In this document: positions 1 to 9,648 of the stretch, piece by piece
How positions within the stretch are numbered: the stretch's first letter is position 1
Layout of the letters: each line of letters opens with the position of its first letter
Source of the DNA: a virus
Strand: one strand, 5' to 3'
DNA: 64,000 nucleotides
IMG/VR virus record: IMGVR_UViG_3300008263_000022
Span: 1-64,000 of that record
Notes under the pieces: generated by a model
Seen by the model: only the letters and a program-made list of their open reading frames with translations
What the model was told of the DNA's origin: nothing
Database searches by the model: none
Program-made: the position numbers and the translations under genes

Positions 1-410
1 GGATTAGAATGGCGTTTTGATTTTGTTTTTCTTTTTGAACCACGCAACTCAGCAGGCACATCTTCATCATCAATCCATGGCGAACCATGAGTTTCTTCTT
101 TTAATTGTTTGAGCATTGGTAAAATGATATAAGACAAAGTGTAATCCATTGACCATGTATCATAACGGTCAATTTTTACATATTTGATTGGTGGGCGAAT
201 AAAGTCGAGTACAACACGAATGGCCTCACAAATGGGTCTAACATACTTTGTGTATTTCTCAACCCATACAGGATGATCCACATAATCTTCATCGGCAATT
301 ACACCTTTACTACGACCACATTTACTCCAATCTGTCCAAAAAAAGATATACTCAAAAACAGTATGTGGAGAAATCCAATGGCTACGATAGCCACTTAAAT
401 AAACTTTCAC
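1..410 (-). CDS. conserved phage hypothetical protein (3' end runs off the window)
   Basis: GTG start at 410 after GGAG. Hand translation MKVYLSGYRSHWISPHTV...VKIDRYDTWSMDYTLSYIILPMLKQLK stays open to the window edge. Confidence 0.7.
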   Translation of the reverse strand, partial: MKVYLSGYRSHWISPHTVFEYIFFWTDWSKCGRSKGVIADEDYVDHPVWVEKYTKYVRPICEAIRVVLDFIRPPIKYVKIDRYDTWSMDYTLSYIILPMLKQLKEETHGSPWIDDEDVPAELRGSKRKTKSKRHSN

Positions 411-820
411 TTTTTATCTCCTGTTGGGAATGGCCAACTAGACGGTGCCAGTTCGCCATCAAATTCAATTGGTTTAAAATATCTATCATGCAATTCTTCC
501 ATGATAGTCATCACTTGTTCGGTATTTAATTCTGTATCTTCTAATCGTTCTTCTAAATCTAAAATTTCCCACTCATCTTTTTCTACATCATGCCATACCC
601 AAATACAAACTTCTTCTTTTGGTCTATGTATCAGGCACCATGGAGTAAACTCGTGTTCAGGAAATACAAAGCCTTCGGTCAAAGCATTTTTGTGAATAAA
701 GACGGCAAAAGATTCCATGTTCTTATTGCCGCCTTCAATATATTGATAAAGCGCACCCTCGCCTGTTTCAAGGTCACCATAACCATCAAAAATGATTTTC
801 ATTTCTTCTTCGTATGGCAT
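407..820 (-). CDS. hypothetical protein
   Basis: 137-aa acidic ORF tightly packed with its neighbours. Confidence 0.7.
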   Translation of the reverse strand: MPYEEEMKIIFDGYGDLETGEGALYQYIEGGNKNMESFAVFIHKNALTEGFVFPEHEFTPWCLIHRPKEEVCIWVWHDVEKDEWEILDLEERLEDTELNTEQVMTIMEELHDRYFKPIEFDGELAPSSWPFPTGDKK

Positions 821-821
821 A

Positions 822-1670
822 CTATACTTTCAATAATTGTGATAATGTATAAACGGATTCCATATATGTAGAAGGATTATTCAATACACTATATTCTAAA
901 TCACCTTCTCGTCTTTGGCAATAGTTTACTTGAAAATCGCAATTGTTTACCAGTTTAAAGGTGTCTACCATTTCCTTAACAGTATGACCTTTACCATGGC
1001 CTAAATTTTCTAATGAATTGGCAGGTGTTTTAATTGCCTTTTGAATAGAATGGCATATTTCATTCACATGAACATAATCTCTAACAGGTGTGCCATCTGG
1101 TGTATTGTAATCACCACCATATAAATTAAATACTCCTGTTTCTCTTGCTTTCATTAAGTTATACATCAACCCATCCATATTAGTGGGTAAAATCCCATCA
1201 GACCCAATCACATTATAAAATCTGAATGAAGTGAAAGTTTTTGTATTTTCAATGCAATATCTTCCTACTATATCTTCAGCACATCTCTTACTCAAAGCAT
1301 ATGGGTTGATGGGATTAGCGGCTGTGCCTGTCGATGCAAACACAAAATTTTTGTAATTCAAATTCGTTAATACATTATGTGTACCATTAATATTGGTATC
1401 ATAATACTCATATGGTTTTGTTACTGATTCATTTACTTTGACCAATGCAGCCAAATGAACCACGGTGTCAAACTCATCAGAATAACATAATTGATAACCA
1501 TTCGTAATATCATATGAAAGAAAATGTTTGGGTAACAGATAATCATTCAAGCATGGTTTAATATCAGTACCAAACACCTCGTATCCTTCCTTTTTGAGGA
1601 GCTTTACAAGGTGCTGGCCGATATAACCAGAACTGCCGGTCACCAATATTCTTTTTGAATCAATCATCAT
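822..1670 (-). CDS. galE: NAD-dependent epimerase/dehydratase (UDP-glucose 4-epimerase-like)
   Basis: TGSSGYIG Rossmann motif, HLAA, catalytic YALSK (YxxxK), RFYNVIG, DGTPVRDYVHV. Confidence 0.85.
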   Translation of the reverse strand: MMIDSKRILVTGSSGYIGQHLVKLLKKEGYEVFGTDIKPCLNDYLLPKHFLSYDITNGYQLCYSDEFDTVVHLAALVKVNESVTKPYEYYDTNINGTHNVLTNLNYKNFVFASTGTAANPINPYALSKRCAEDIVGRYCIENTKTFTSFRFYNVIGSDGILPTNMDGLMYNLMKARETGVFNLYGGDYNTPDGTPVRDYVHVNEICHSIQKAIKTPANSLENLGHGKGHTVKEMVDTFKLVNNCDFQVNYCQRREGDLEYSVLNNPSTYMESVYTLSQLLKV

Positions 1671-1953
1671 ATCCTTCAGCCCAAGTTATTTTGGGATTAT
1701 TTCTTTCATACAATTCAACCAAATCTTTTAAATTCCACATGAAATCGGTTTCAAAGGTATCTAACCATTTACTAAATCTACCCCAATCTTCAGCAAGCAT
1801 TGGTGATAAACCAATCTCATCACCAAATTGTCCTAAATCTTCACCACGACAATCAATACGGCCAGCAGCATAAGTCCAAAGCTCAAGGCCTCGTTCTTCA
1901 TACCATTGCTTATTGATTGGTCCCATCCAGTTGGTACTATACCTCACAGGCAT
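1660..1953 (-). CDS. hypothetical protein
   Basis: 97-aa ORF overlapping neighbours. Confidence 0.6.
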   Translation of the reverse strand: MPVRYSTNWMGPINKQWYEERGLELWTYAAGRIDCRGEDLGQFGDEIGLSPMLAEDWGRFSKWLDTFETDFMWNLKDLVELYERNNPKITWAEGYDD

Positions 1954-2269
1954 AATTTAATTCCTTCCAATTTGTATTCTCAGGCATTATTTCAATTTCG
2001 TATTCGGCCTTATCAATGAAATTGGCTAATACGCTGCCGCCATAGCCGTTGGTGCCATAGCAATTCTTATGACAACGATATACCGATCCAGAGGTACCAT
2101 GAAATTCATAATAGTCATCTACCAATTCAACTTTAACAATACCGCTATTGAATTGCCACGAATCAGAACCAAGATACCCTCCATACCAGCAGGCAAATAC
2201 TTTATATAATGGTTCTTTGTCCGTTGTAATCTTCACAACAACCCATCTCTCAGGCGTATAATCACTCAT
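1937..2269 (-). CDS. conserved phage hypothetical protein
   Basis: YTPERWVVVK...WYGGYLGSDSWQFNSGI...GTSGSVYRC, a pattern I recognise from large tailed phages. Confidence 0.7.
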   Translation of the reverse strand: MSDYTPERWVVVKITTDKEPLYKVFACWYGGYLGSDSWQFNSGIVKVELVDDYYEFHGTSGSVYRCHKNCYGTNGYGGSVLANFIDKAEYEIEIMPENTNWKELNYACEV

Positions 2270-2612
2270 CTACTTTTTCAATCTTCAAAATTTTACCATC
2301 CATGAATAGAGCTTTATATTCTATCCATGCATCTTGTTTCCACGATTCATGTTTATCTTCTAGTGCAGCACGATAAAATCGGATTAAACCATCAAAATCA
2401 TGGCAACACACCCAGCGTTCATTAAACTGCCTGAGGTGGCCACCAAGAAATCCTTCGCCATCTACCCATTCAGCATCATAATCTTCATGCCACAAGAATA
2501 AATGACCAGAATCTCCGTTATAATCAATCTTATATTTGTCCAACATTTGGCAAGGAGTATCTTTCGTCTGATACACCTGTCCTTGATAGTGTATGTAGTC
2601 AAACATTCCCAT
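2262..2612 (-). CDS. conserved phage hypothetical protein
   Basis: MGMFDYI...YQTKD...W.EYKALFMDGK pattern. Confidence 0.7.
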   Translation of the reverse strand: MGMFDYIHYQGQVYQTKDTPCQMLDKYKIDYNGDSGHLFLWHEDYDAEWVDGEGFLGGHLRQFNERWVCCHDFDGLIRFYRAALEDKHESWKQDAWIEYKALFMDGKILKIEKVDE

Positions 2613-3488
2613 TTAAATCTCCAAATATCTCAATTTAAATTCTTTTGCTCTTTGTTCATGGCCAATATAACCACGAGGATTACAAACTACTCTTGTATCA
2701 CCAATCATATAATCAGATACATTATGCATATGACCATGAGTCCACAATTTAATCTGTGGTCTATCTAAAATAAAATCAGATAAATCAGAAGCAAACGCAC
2801 CGTTCATTAGTGTATCATGCTTATAACACTCAGCAATACTAATTGGTGATGGTGCATGGTGTGTTACCACAACATACTGTTTTGTTTTATTCTCAGTAGC
2901 AATCTTTATGTAGTCTAACATTTTCTTGTGGTCTTCCACAGAATCTTCTGGTGACCACTTTGAAGGTGACTGATAATGATCCACAGTTTTAACAACTAGT
3001 GTGCCATCTTCGTTACGCTCACTCTCATGGTAAACATTTCTTTTATGTTGAACCATACGATTACTATTTTTAATTACTTGAAAATCACTCATACCTTTAC
3101 TGCAATGCCATAAGGTCAATGGATCACCTTTGTTCATATCAGTCCATAACGTACCAGCAACAAAGGTCACACCATCATGTTCCCATGTTTCTTTCTCAAG
3201 TAAATGAATATTTGGTAAATCAGCCAACTCAGCTTTTAATCTATCATAGGTATCAATAATATCAAAATTATAATGCTCGTGATTACCCATAATGTAAACC
3301 ACATGAGGAAATTGAAACGAACAACGCTTAAAGAAATCTTTAACCATCATTCTTTCTTTTGGTTTATTCTTGAATTGACTGGCGGTACAGATATCACCAC
3401 TCAAAATTAAAACGTCAGCATTCTCCTCATTCTTTAAAAGAATGTCGCCAAATTCTAAATGAATATCAGATGCTAACGATATTTTCAT
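2613..3488 (-). CDS. calcineurin-like metallophosphoesterase
   Basis: SDIHLE, LSGDI, GNHEHY, THHAPS, HGHMH and NPRGY motifs. Confidence 0.9.
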   Translation of the reverse strand: MKISLASDIHLEFGDILLKNEENADVLILSGDICTASQFKNKPKERMMVKDFFKRCSFQFPHVVYIMGNHEHYNFDIIDTYDRLKAELADLPNIHLLEKETWEHDGVTFVAGTLWTDMNKGDPLTLWHCSKGMSDFQVIKNSNRMVQHKRNVYHESERNEDGTLVVKTVDHYQSPSKWSPEDSVEDHKKMLDYIKIATENKTKQYVVVTHHAPSPISIAECYKHDTLMNGAFASDLSDFILDRPQIKLWTHGHMHNVSDYMIGDTRVVCNPRGYIGHEQRAKEFKLRYLEI

Positions 3489-3721
3489 TAATGTACCAGT
3501 TTGTTTTCTCGTTCTGTTTTGTGTATAACATCTTTTGGTGACTCCAAAAGCTTTATGTAATCTTCTTCAATATTGCTTTGTTTGGCTATCCATGTTAAAC
3601 GAGCCAAAATCACGGCAATCAAATTGAGTGGATGAATTTCAAATGTAGTCAACCACTTTAATAATTCAGTATCAATATCTAGTGATAGTTGCTCTAACTT
3701 ATCATCATTAAATTGGGCCAT
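3488..3721 (-). CDS. hypothetical protein
   Basis: 77-aa ORF, translationally coupled to neighbours. Confidence 0.6.
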   Translation of the reverse strand: MAQFNDDKLEQLSLDIDTELLKWLTTFEIHPLNLIAVILARLTWIAKQSNIEEDYIKLLESPKDVIHKTERENKLVH

Positions 3722-4160
3722 GTTTCACCTTTATCATTTGGCCATTTTTCCATTGATTACGCCATTTGACTGGTTCGGCATTGTTTTCACGGTCACGCCA
3801 GAGTGCCGCACATTGTGATTGTGTTAAACCACCATACACATTGCAATCTTCCATAAACAACTGTTGGTCAGTTTTGGGTTTTGTTTCAGGTTTGGCCGCA
3901 ACCACAGGTGGTTGTGGTTTAACTTCTTCCCACTTTGGTTCTTCATTGATAACTGGTGTTTTTACTGCAGCCACTTCAACAGATTTATTATCATTCTTCG
4001 ATGGCATGGCGAACACGACAACACAAAATACTATGCCAATACCAGTAACAATAAATCGCCAGTACATGCCAACCAAAAAGATGGCAATAGCAGCAACAAT
4101 TATAATCTGTAATACACCGGTCGTTAAACCTACTTCAGCTAAATTATCAAATAATTCCAT
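3708..4160 (-). CDS. membrane protein
   Basis: Two N-terminal hydrophobic segments followed by a Pro/Lys-rich linker. Confidence 0.65.
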   Translation of the reverse strand: MELFDNLAEVGLTTGVLQIIIVAAIAIFLVGMYWRFIVTGIGIVFCVVVFAMPSKNDNKSVEVAAVKTPVINEEPKWEEVKPQPPVVAAKPETKPKTDQQLFMEDCNVYGGLTQSQCAALWRDRENNAEPVKWRNQWKNGQMIKVKHGPI

Positions 4161-4162
4161 GA

Positions 4163-4405
4163 TTACTTTTTCTCAGGATATGGTTCACAATGTACATTGA
4201 TTGGTACTAATACTTTACCAGAATCAGTTTTCTTTACAACATACTCAACATTTGGCCTCATACCAGCGCCAACACAATCTTTATTGTATTTGATGACATC
4301 AGTATTTGCCAATGCTTTAGGTCCTTCGTAACCAGAGAGTTTTGGTGTTGAACTGCAACCAATCAATAACAATATCAAACTACTAACTGCTATGCTTTTT
4401 TTCAC
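4163..4405 (-). CDS. lipoprotein
   Basis: MKK + hydrophobic stretch + LIGC lipobox. Confidence 0.7.
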   Translation of the reverse strand: MKKSIAVSSLILLLIGCSSTPKLSGYEGPKALANTDVIKYNKDCVGAGMRPNVEYVVKKTDSGKVLVPINVHCEPYPEKK

Positions 4406-4604
4406 TTTTTAACTCCATAATGTGTTTAATAACTTCTTTTGCTTGAATCATATCAGATTTAGATAAAGCCGATTCAATCAATGATTCACTAAGCGATTCT
4501 TCTTTAGAACGATTCAACAACCATTGCATAAACAAATTTGCTTCCGATTTATCATAAAAATTTTTAATGGGTTTGCCATTCATTCTTACTGTATAAAGAA
4601 TCAT
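4383..4604 (-). CDS. hypothetical protein
   Basis: 73-aa ORF in the operon. Confidence 0.55.
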   Translation of the reverse strand: MILYTVRMNGKPIKNFYDKSEANLFMQWLLNRSKEESLSESLIESALSKSDMIQAKEVIKHIMELKSEKKHSS

Positions 4605-4754
4605 TTTTCAACACTCACATTAATTGATTTGACCTTATCGATACCACCATCTAAGGCTTGTGCAATACCAGTAAAACCTACTGTACCAACAAAAAATCCT
4701 AAAACACAACCAATAACAAAATTAATCATATAAATTCCTTTCTCACTTTAAAAA

Positions 4755-4807
4755 CCATTATATCACAACCATGGAATAATACAACCATCTGTTGTGTGGA
4801 TACAACA
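4755..4807 (-). promoter_or_regulatory. early-type promoter with TGTTGT-N6-ACAACA operator
   Basis: TATAATGG on the minus strand; palindrome tgttgtgtggatacaaca at 4790-4807. Confidence 0.7.
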
Positions 4808-5026
4808 CTACTCAGGCCTCAATTCCAACTTACCAATACCAATATATTCTTCAATGGACTTCTTTAGGTTGCGCTTGGAGGTTGATGGTGGTATGAACAC
4901 ATAGTCCCGATGGTCGCCTGTTTTGGCACTTAGGATCTCGTTTAGGTAGGTCAAAGCATCAATTGGATTATTGAACTCTTTGAGACCTACATTATTCATC
5001 AAATTTGGTTTTGCAATATATTTCAC
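4808..5026 (-). CDS. hypothetical protein
   Basis: 72-aa ORF. Confidence 0.55.
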   Translation of the reverse strand: MKYIAKPNLMNNVGLKEFNNPIDALTYLNEILSAKTGDHRDYVFIPPSTSKRNLKKSIEEYIGIGKLELRPE

Positions 5027-5349
5027 TTTTTACCTTTTTCTTTTTTCATTAATTGTTCACGTAATGCGGCACATTCTTCTTCAAGCATTTTATTCTTACG
5101 AACTTCTGCCATCATTACATCTTCAAACAAACTCCACAATTTCTGAAATTTAACATCATAAACATGAGCAAGGCTCTGCACATGATTTGAAACTGTGTAT
5201 TCATTATCATGTTCTACCCAGCCCTCAAATAAACCTTCATCGAGCTCTTTAAGGTCATCAACTATTCCCCAACATTTGATAATTTGTTGTTCAAAATCAA
5301 ATCGGTCACTAGGTGCTTTTTGGTCACCAGCCATATGATGGTCACTCAT
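5023..5349 (-). CDS. hypothetical protein
   Basis: 108 aa, DRFDFEQQI..CW motif, C-terminal coiled coil. Confidence 0.65.
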   Translation of the reverse strand: MSDHHMAGDQKAPSDRFDFEQQIIKCWGIVDDLKELDEGLFEGWVEHDNEYTVSNHVQSLAHVYDVKFQKLWSLFEDVMMAEVRKNKMLEEECAALREQLMKKEKGKK

Positions 5350-5586
5350 AACTTTTCATCCATTCCAATAATATGATTTTTGCTTCTCTGTGTTCAATGC
5401 CAAATGCCTGTTGCAAATATGGTGAGGCACCAAACATATTGGTTACACCAGTTTCACGTAGTGTATTCAAATACTCAAACATTTCTTCTTTATCGATTGT
5501 CATAGATTTCCATAATATAAAAAGGTGCCATCATATAGCTCGAGCGTTTCACAACGAGTCTAAACGACTATATGATAGCGGAGAGA

Positions 5587-5922
5587 TTAAGCTGTAACAG
5601 ATTGCTGCACAACAACTGGTTTTACAGGTGTTGCTTTAGTTTGTAACTGTTGGTTGCCTTTGAATCGACCATTAGAATCGAACTGGTCAAAGTTAACCAA
5701 TTGATATGCCTTTACTTTACGGCCATCTTTAATTACTTTCACAATACCACCATCTTTACGAATGTTATAGATGTTGGTTGAGAGGCGATACAATACTGAT
5801 TCTTGGTCTGTGCCTTTGAATACTGTTTCGATTTCAGCAGGACTCACAGGTTTGCCTGACAACATTACTTGGGTAATTTTCTCATGACGGTTTACCTTAC
5901 CTTTGCGAACTGTTAATGCCAT
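5587..5922 (-). CDS. hypothetical protein, possible winged-HTH
   Basis: PVSPAEIETVF...LYRLSTNIYNIRKDGG resembles a wHTH. It has its own promoter (TATAATGG near 5975). Confidence 0.55.
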   Translation of the reverse strand: MALTVRKGKVNRHEKITQVMLSGKPVSPAEIETVFKGTDQESVLYRLSTNIYNIRKDGGIVKVIKDGRKVKAYQLVNFDQFDSNGRFKGNQQLQTKATPVKPVVVQQSVTA

Positions 5923-5982
5923 TGTAATACTCCTAATAAATTAATAATATAAAAACTTCTCACTTGCTACACCACCATTATA

Positions 5983-7143
5983 CTACACTTGAGATTGGTT
6001 GGCAACCTCAGATGTGGTAGAAATGGTACTTGTATTGGCAGGTGATTCTACCGAACTATCCACCTTGCTATACAAATCTAAGAATGCCATTTTCGTTTCT
6101 TCATCAAAACGATTCACACACAAGGTGATGGCCTTCATACGATCCTTGAAAATCGTAAATGCTTTGGCAATATGTACCAAACGGCGAGTGCTGATAATTT
6201 CATCAGTTGCGCCTTCATCATACGATTTACGAACCACATCAGCCCATTGGCATAAATGCTCTACGAATTCTGCATCAGCAATTAATGGTGACAGAATTTT
6301 CTTTTCTGTTTTGGCATCAGGATATTCCTGTTCTACCGTAATTGGAAATCGTTCTAAGAAAGCATCATCAAGAATTTGTGATAGATACTTGCCTTCATCA
6401 CTACCACGACCTTTGGTATTGGCAGTTGCAACGATTGTGAAACCAGATTTTGGATACACCATTTCACCTGATTTCTTATTGTAATGTGGTTTGCCTTCCA
6501 TAATGCCTTGCAAACACATCAATTTATTAGAACCACGGTCGACCTCATCAATCAACAATACTGCGCCACGCTTCATAGCGATAAGAACAGGACCATCACG
6601 ATTGACCACATTACCATTGACCAATGTGGGACCACCAAGCAAATCGGTTTCATCGGTTTCAACGGAGATATTCACACGAATACACTCACGACCTAATTCA
6701 GCACACACTTGCTCGACCATCAAGGTCTTGCCATTACCAGATAAACCAGTAACAAAGATTGGATAGAATGATTTACTACTGATAATGTTTCTCATATCTT
6801 TAAAAAAACCAAACGGTACATAATCAGGCCATTTTTGTGGCACCGATGGTTCGGAATCATCCAACAATTTTGGTTGGCGGAACTCTAACACTTGTGCAGG
6901 TTGTGCATAAGCAACTTCTAATTCAGGTTCTTGTTCTTTCATTTTCGCTTTTGGTTTCTCGCCACTTGGTGGTACCTTGTATTGACCACGGTCATAACGA
7001 TATTGTGATTTGGTCACCAACCAATATGGATATGGTGCACCTGATTCGTTGCAAACTTGTGTAATGCCATCTCTTGTGATAATTGATTCAGAACCAAATC
7101 GTTCTTCACACGCTACAACGAAATGCTTTGCATTTTTATTCAT
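5983..7143 (-). CDS. cobS: CobS-like MoxR/AAA+ ATPase
   Basis: Walker A GLSGNGKT, Walker B LLIDEVD, ATANTKGRG, DAFLERF and ISTRRL, typical of T4-like phage CobS. Confidence 0.9.
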   Translation of the reverse strand: MNKNAKHFVVACEERFGSESIITRDGITQVCNESGAPYPYWLVTKSQYRYDRGQYKVPPSGEKPKAKMKEQEPELEVAYAQPAQVLEFRQPKLLDDSEPSVPQKWPDYVPFGFFKDMRNIISSKSFYPIFVTGLSGNGKTLMVEQVCAELGRECIRVNISVETDETDLLGGPTLVNGNVVNRDGPVLIAMKRGAVLLIDEVDRGSNKLMCLQGIMEGKPHYNKKSGEMVYPKSGFTIVATANTKGRGSDEGKYLSQILDDAFLERFPITVEQEYPDAKTEKKILSPLIADAEFVEHLCQWADVVRKSYDEGATDEIISTRRLVHIAKAFTIFKDRMKAITLCVNRFDEETKMAFLDLYSKVDSSVESPANTSTISTTSEVANQSQV

Positions 7144-7267
7144 AATGTAAATCTTTCAATTTATGTTTAACACGCCTCTTGAAGGCGACCTTTGACACCA
7201 CTCTTTTTGGTTTGAATGGTGTATTACTACAAAATAATACGAAATGTGCTCTAGTTTTCTTTTTCAT
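7136..7267 (-). CDS. small basic peptide, ArfA-like
   Basis: Hand translation MKKKTRAHFVLFCSNTPFKPKRVVSKVAFKRRVKHKLKDLHYE; it overlaps the cobS start. Confidence 0.55.
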   Translation of the reverse strand: MKKKTRAHFVLFCSNTPFKPKRVVSKVAFKRRVKHKLKDLHYE

Positions 7268-7287
7268 AATATACTATTTAATACTTT

Positions 7288-7362
7288 TGGTACACGGTAG
7301 GAGAATCGAACTCCTCTTACTGCCGTGAAAGGGCAATGTCCTAACCGATAGACGAACCGTGC
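7288..7362 (-). tRNA. tRNA-Glu(TTC)
   Basis: Cloverleaf gcacggttcgtctatcggttaggacattgccctTTCacggcag...gttcgattc...ccgtgtacca with encoded CCA. Confidence 0.92.
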
Positions 7363-7363
7363 A

Positions 7364-7449
7364 TGGTGGGTAAGGATGGATTCGAACCAACTCAGCCTTA
7401 GGCAACGGATTTACAGTCCGCTGTAACTCTCCAACTTTACCGCTTACCC
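7364..7449 (-). tRNA. tRNA-Tyr(GTA)
   Basis: Anticodon arm gcggactGTAaatccgt, long variable arm, GGTTCGAATCC, CCA end. Confidence 0.92.
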
Positions 7450-7460
7450 AATTCAAACTA

Positions 7461-7513
7461 CCATTATACAGATTCCACACCAGAAGTCAACCTACTGTTG
7501 TGTCCATACAACA
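7461..7513 (-). promoter_or_regulatory. sigma70-like promoter for the tRNA pair, with TGTTGT-N6-ACAACA operator
   Basis: TTGACT...TATAATGG on the minus strand; palindrome tgttgtgtccatacaaca at 7496-7513. Confidence 0.75.
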
Positions 7514-7516
7514 CTT

Positions 7517-7852
7517 TTAGTACCATGTTCTATGTTTTTCTGCAATATGTTCCAAACCATCGTATTGTACCACTTCCCAATTCACATCATCGGGTATTTC
7601 CACAATTTTTAGATTGGCAGCAAAACCAAATGATTTACTACCTAAATCTTCAACAACTTTAATCAACACAGAATCATTTCGTTCAATGTCCCTGCTTTCA
7701 AAATCTTCATTGGTATCAACATTTGTATATAATGTTATACCAAATGTGGTTTTTTCTTTTTTCAATTTGATGCCTTTGCGGTCAGCATATGTTTCGATTG
7801 CCAAATCAGACAAAGAAAAACCACCATAATCACAATTAATTACTATTTTCAT
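7517..7852 (-). CDS. conserved phage hypothetical protein
   Basis: KIVINCDYGGFSLS...LKIVEIPDDVNW...YDGLEHIAEKHRTW pattern. Confidence 0.75.
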   Translation of the reverse strand: MKIVINCDYGGFSLSDLAIETYADRKGIKLKKEKTTFGITLYTNVDTNEDFESRDIERNDSVLIKVVEDLGSKSFGFAANLKIVEIPDDVNWEVVQYDGLEHIAEKHRTWY

Positions 7853-8237
7853 TTCTTATCTGCTCACTATGTTTACATTTACCACGATAGGCATACCCTA
7901 TACAATTACATTGATATTTACCAGATTCTAGAGTGATGGTATAGGTCTTGCCTGAATCACTTACAACCTGCCAATGAGGCACATTCAAAGCCTCTGGCTG
8001 TTGAATCACCACCGTTGCGCCAATAGCGTCCAATTCTTTGTGTTTGACCTTGATAAACTTACGCCTACGAGTGTCCATTGGTATTGGTTTGTTGAATACC
8101 TTAATCTCACCATCACTCTCACGAGCATAGGCCAAAATATTGGATTTACCATCAAACAAATAGATATGATTAGGCACCACGAACTCTGGTTCATTCCATT
8201 CGGTAACTTCTTTATATGCACTAATACTCATTAACAC
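7836..8237 (-). CDS. SWIM zinc-finger protein
   Basis: C-terminal CNC-x8-CKH preceded by SDSGKTYTI. Confidence 0.75.
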   Translation of the reverse strand: MLMSISAYKEVTEWNEPEFVVPNHIYLFDGKSNILAYARESDGEIKVFNKPIPMDTRRRKFIKVKHKELDAIGATVVIQQPEALNVPHWQVVSDSGKTYTITLESGKYQCNCIGYAYRGKCKHSEQIRNENSN

Positions 8238-8422
8238 CTACCATCCAAATCTTCATCACGCCACTGGTCGTTTTCACCAGTTTCTTGCCAAACATTTAAA
8301 ATCTTGGCATCAGGCCAACCGAGTTTAATACTATACACCGCCTCTTGTGCTGAGATAGCAGAAACTCCTTCATACTGAGTATGAACCGAATCGTCCATAA
8401 ATTCTACAAGGTAATAATTCAT
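8231..8422 (-). CDS. hypothetical protein
   Basis: 63-aa ORF. Confidence 0.55.
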   Translation of the reverse strand: MNYYLVEFMDDSVHTQYEGVSAISAQEAVYSIKLGWPDAKILNVWQETGENDQWRDEDLDGRC

Positions 8423-8768
8423 TTCTTTGCCTTTATTTTATTAATGGCATCCATAGCATCAGGATATTCCTGCATCCACGAAACCAACTCATCATTCTTC
8501 ATCACATCTTGCAACGGATCTTTTGGTCGTGTATTGACCACAATATTATACTTGGCCAATTTATTCCAATCGATTTGATAATTGTTTTTATTCATCTTCA
8601 TCTCCACCAACATAAACTTCTTGGTAAATTGTTTTGATGATTTCGTTTGAATATTCATCAGCACAATATTCTTTTACATCTTGAACTTCATAAAAGCTTA
8701 AATGAATGATTCGGCCGGATTCAAACTCAACCATGTAAACATTTTCAACATCAGAATCGTAACTCATA

Positions 8769-8960
8769 TCAAACTCCTACAATATTGGTATTATACCGCT
8801 CTTCATAAATCTTAACAATCGTATCATCAGTCAGCTCACGCAAATTATCTGTAAGCAATTCTTTTGTTACCATTACCAATTCTGTTTTTTTCATTTTTTT
8901 AATATCTTTCATAGAATCGGCAACTAATTCATTAATCAATCTATCAATCGTTTTACTCAT
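8769..8960 (-). CDS. hypothetical protein
   Basis: 63-aa ORF. Confidence 0.55.
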   Translation of the reverse strand: MSKTIDRLINELVADSMKDIKKMKKTELVMVTKELLTDNLRELTDDTIVKIYEERYNTNIVGV

Positions 8961-8962
8961 AA

Positions 8963-9202
8963 TTAATCCAATAAAATCATGTAAGCATTACCATTGTTGG
9001 TACGAAACCAATCAAGGGCTTTACGCAAACCTTTATAATCACCAATCAATTCACAACCTTTAAGGTAATCATAAACCGCAACCTCATCAGGCGTTAGAAT
9101 GGTACTTTCACCACTAAATGGATTTTGAACTTTAACTGGTTCTTTATCAAGCACCATAATGCCAGGAAATAAATCTTGAATTGCTTTTTTTGCCTTACTC
9201 AT
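8963..9202 (-). CDS. conserved phage hypothetical protein
   Basis: VQNPFSGES..LTPDEVAVYD.LKG...AYMILLD pattern. Confidence 0.65.
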   Translation of the reverse strand: MSKAKKAIQDLFPGIMVLDKEPVKVQNPFSGESTILTPDEVAVYDYLKGCELIGDYKGLRKALDWFRTNNGNAYMILLD

Positions 9203-9648
9203 GCTGTTTCCTTTTCTTTACAGAATTCCACAAACTCAGGTAATGAACCAGAGAAAATAACTTCACTCTCATAATCACTACTCATGCCAAACATATTGCA
9301 ACCACAATAATACACTTCAATTTTGAATTGACCATCAACATTCAAAATGTGATACTCATAATCTTGGCCACATGATTGTTGAACAACAGGATGCAAATAG
9401 AATTGACCTGCACCATCTTTGAAGTTTGCTACCATCTGTGCAGCCAAACAACCCATGCCATTGAAAAATCTCTCATTGGCACCAAGGCGTAGGCCATTGG
9501 TCATTGTACCGCTTGATAGAAACTCTGCCAATTCAGCACCATGGCCAGATGGATAACCATCGTATTGGCGGTACATATTGATAATACGCTCAGCGGCCTC
9601 ACCGCTTTTGGATTCGTTATAAACGAATGTTAAACTTCTGGTACCCAT
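9199..9648 (-). CDS. conserved phage hypothetical protein
   Basis: MGTRS...MYRQYDGYPSGHG...NGMGCLAAQ; start moved to the ATG after GGAG. Confidence 0.7.
   Translation of the reverse strand: MGTRSLTFVYNESKSGEAAERIINMYRQYDGYPSGHGAELAEFLSSGTMTNGLRLGANERFFNGMGCLAAQMVANFKDGAGQFYLHPVVQQSCGQDYEYHILNVDGQFKIEVYYCGCNMFGMSSDYESEVIFSGSLPEFVEFCKEKETA

Noticed and set aside
7274-7480. 68-aa ORF in the track
   Set aside because: It lies over the tRNA-Glu and tRNA-Tyr genes.
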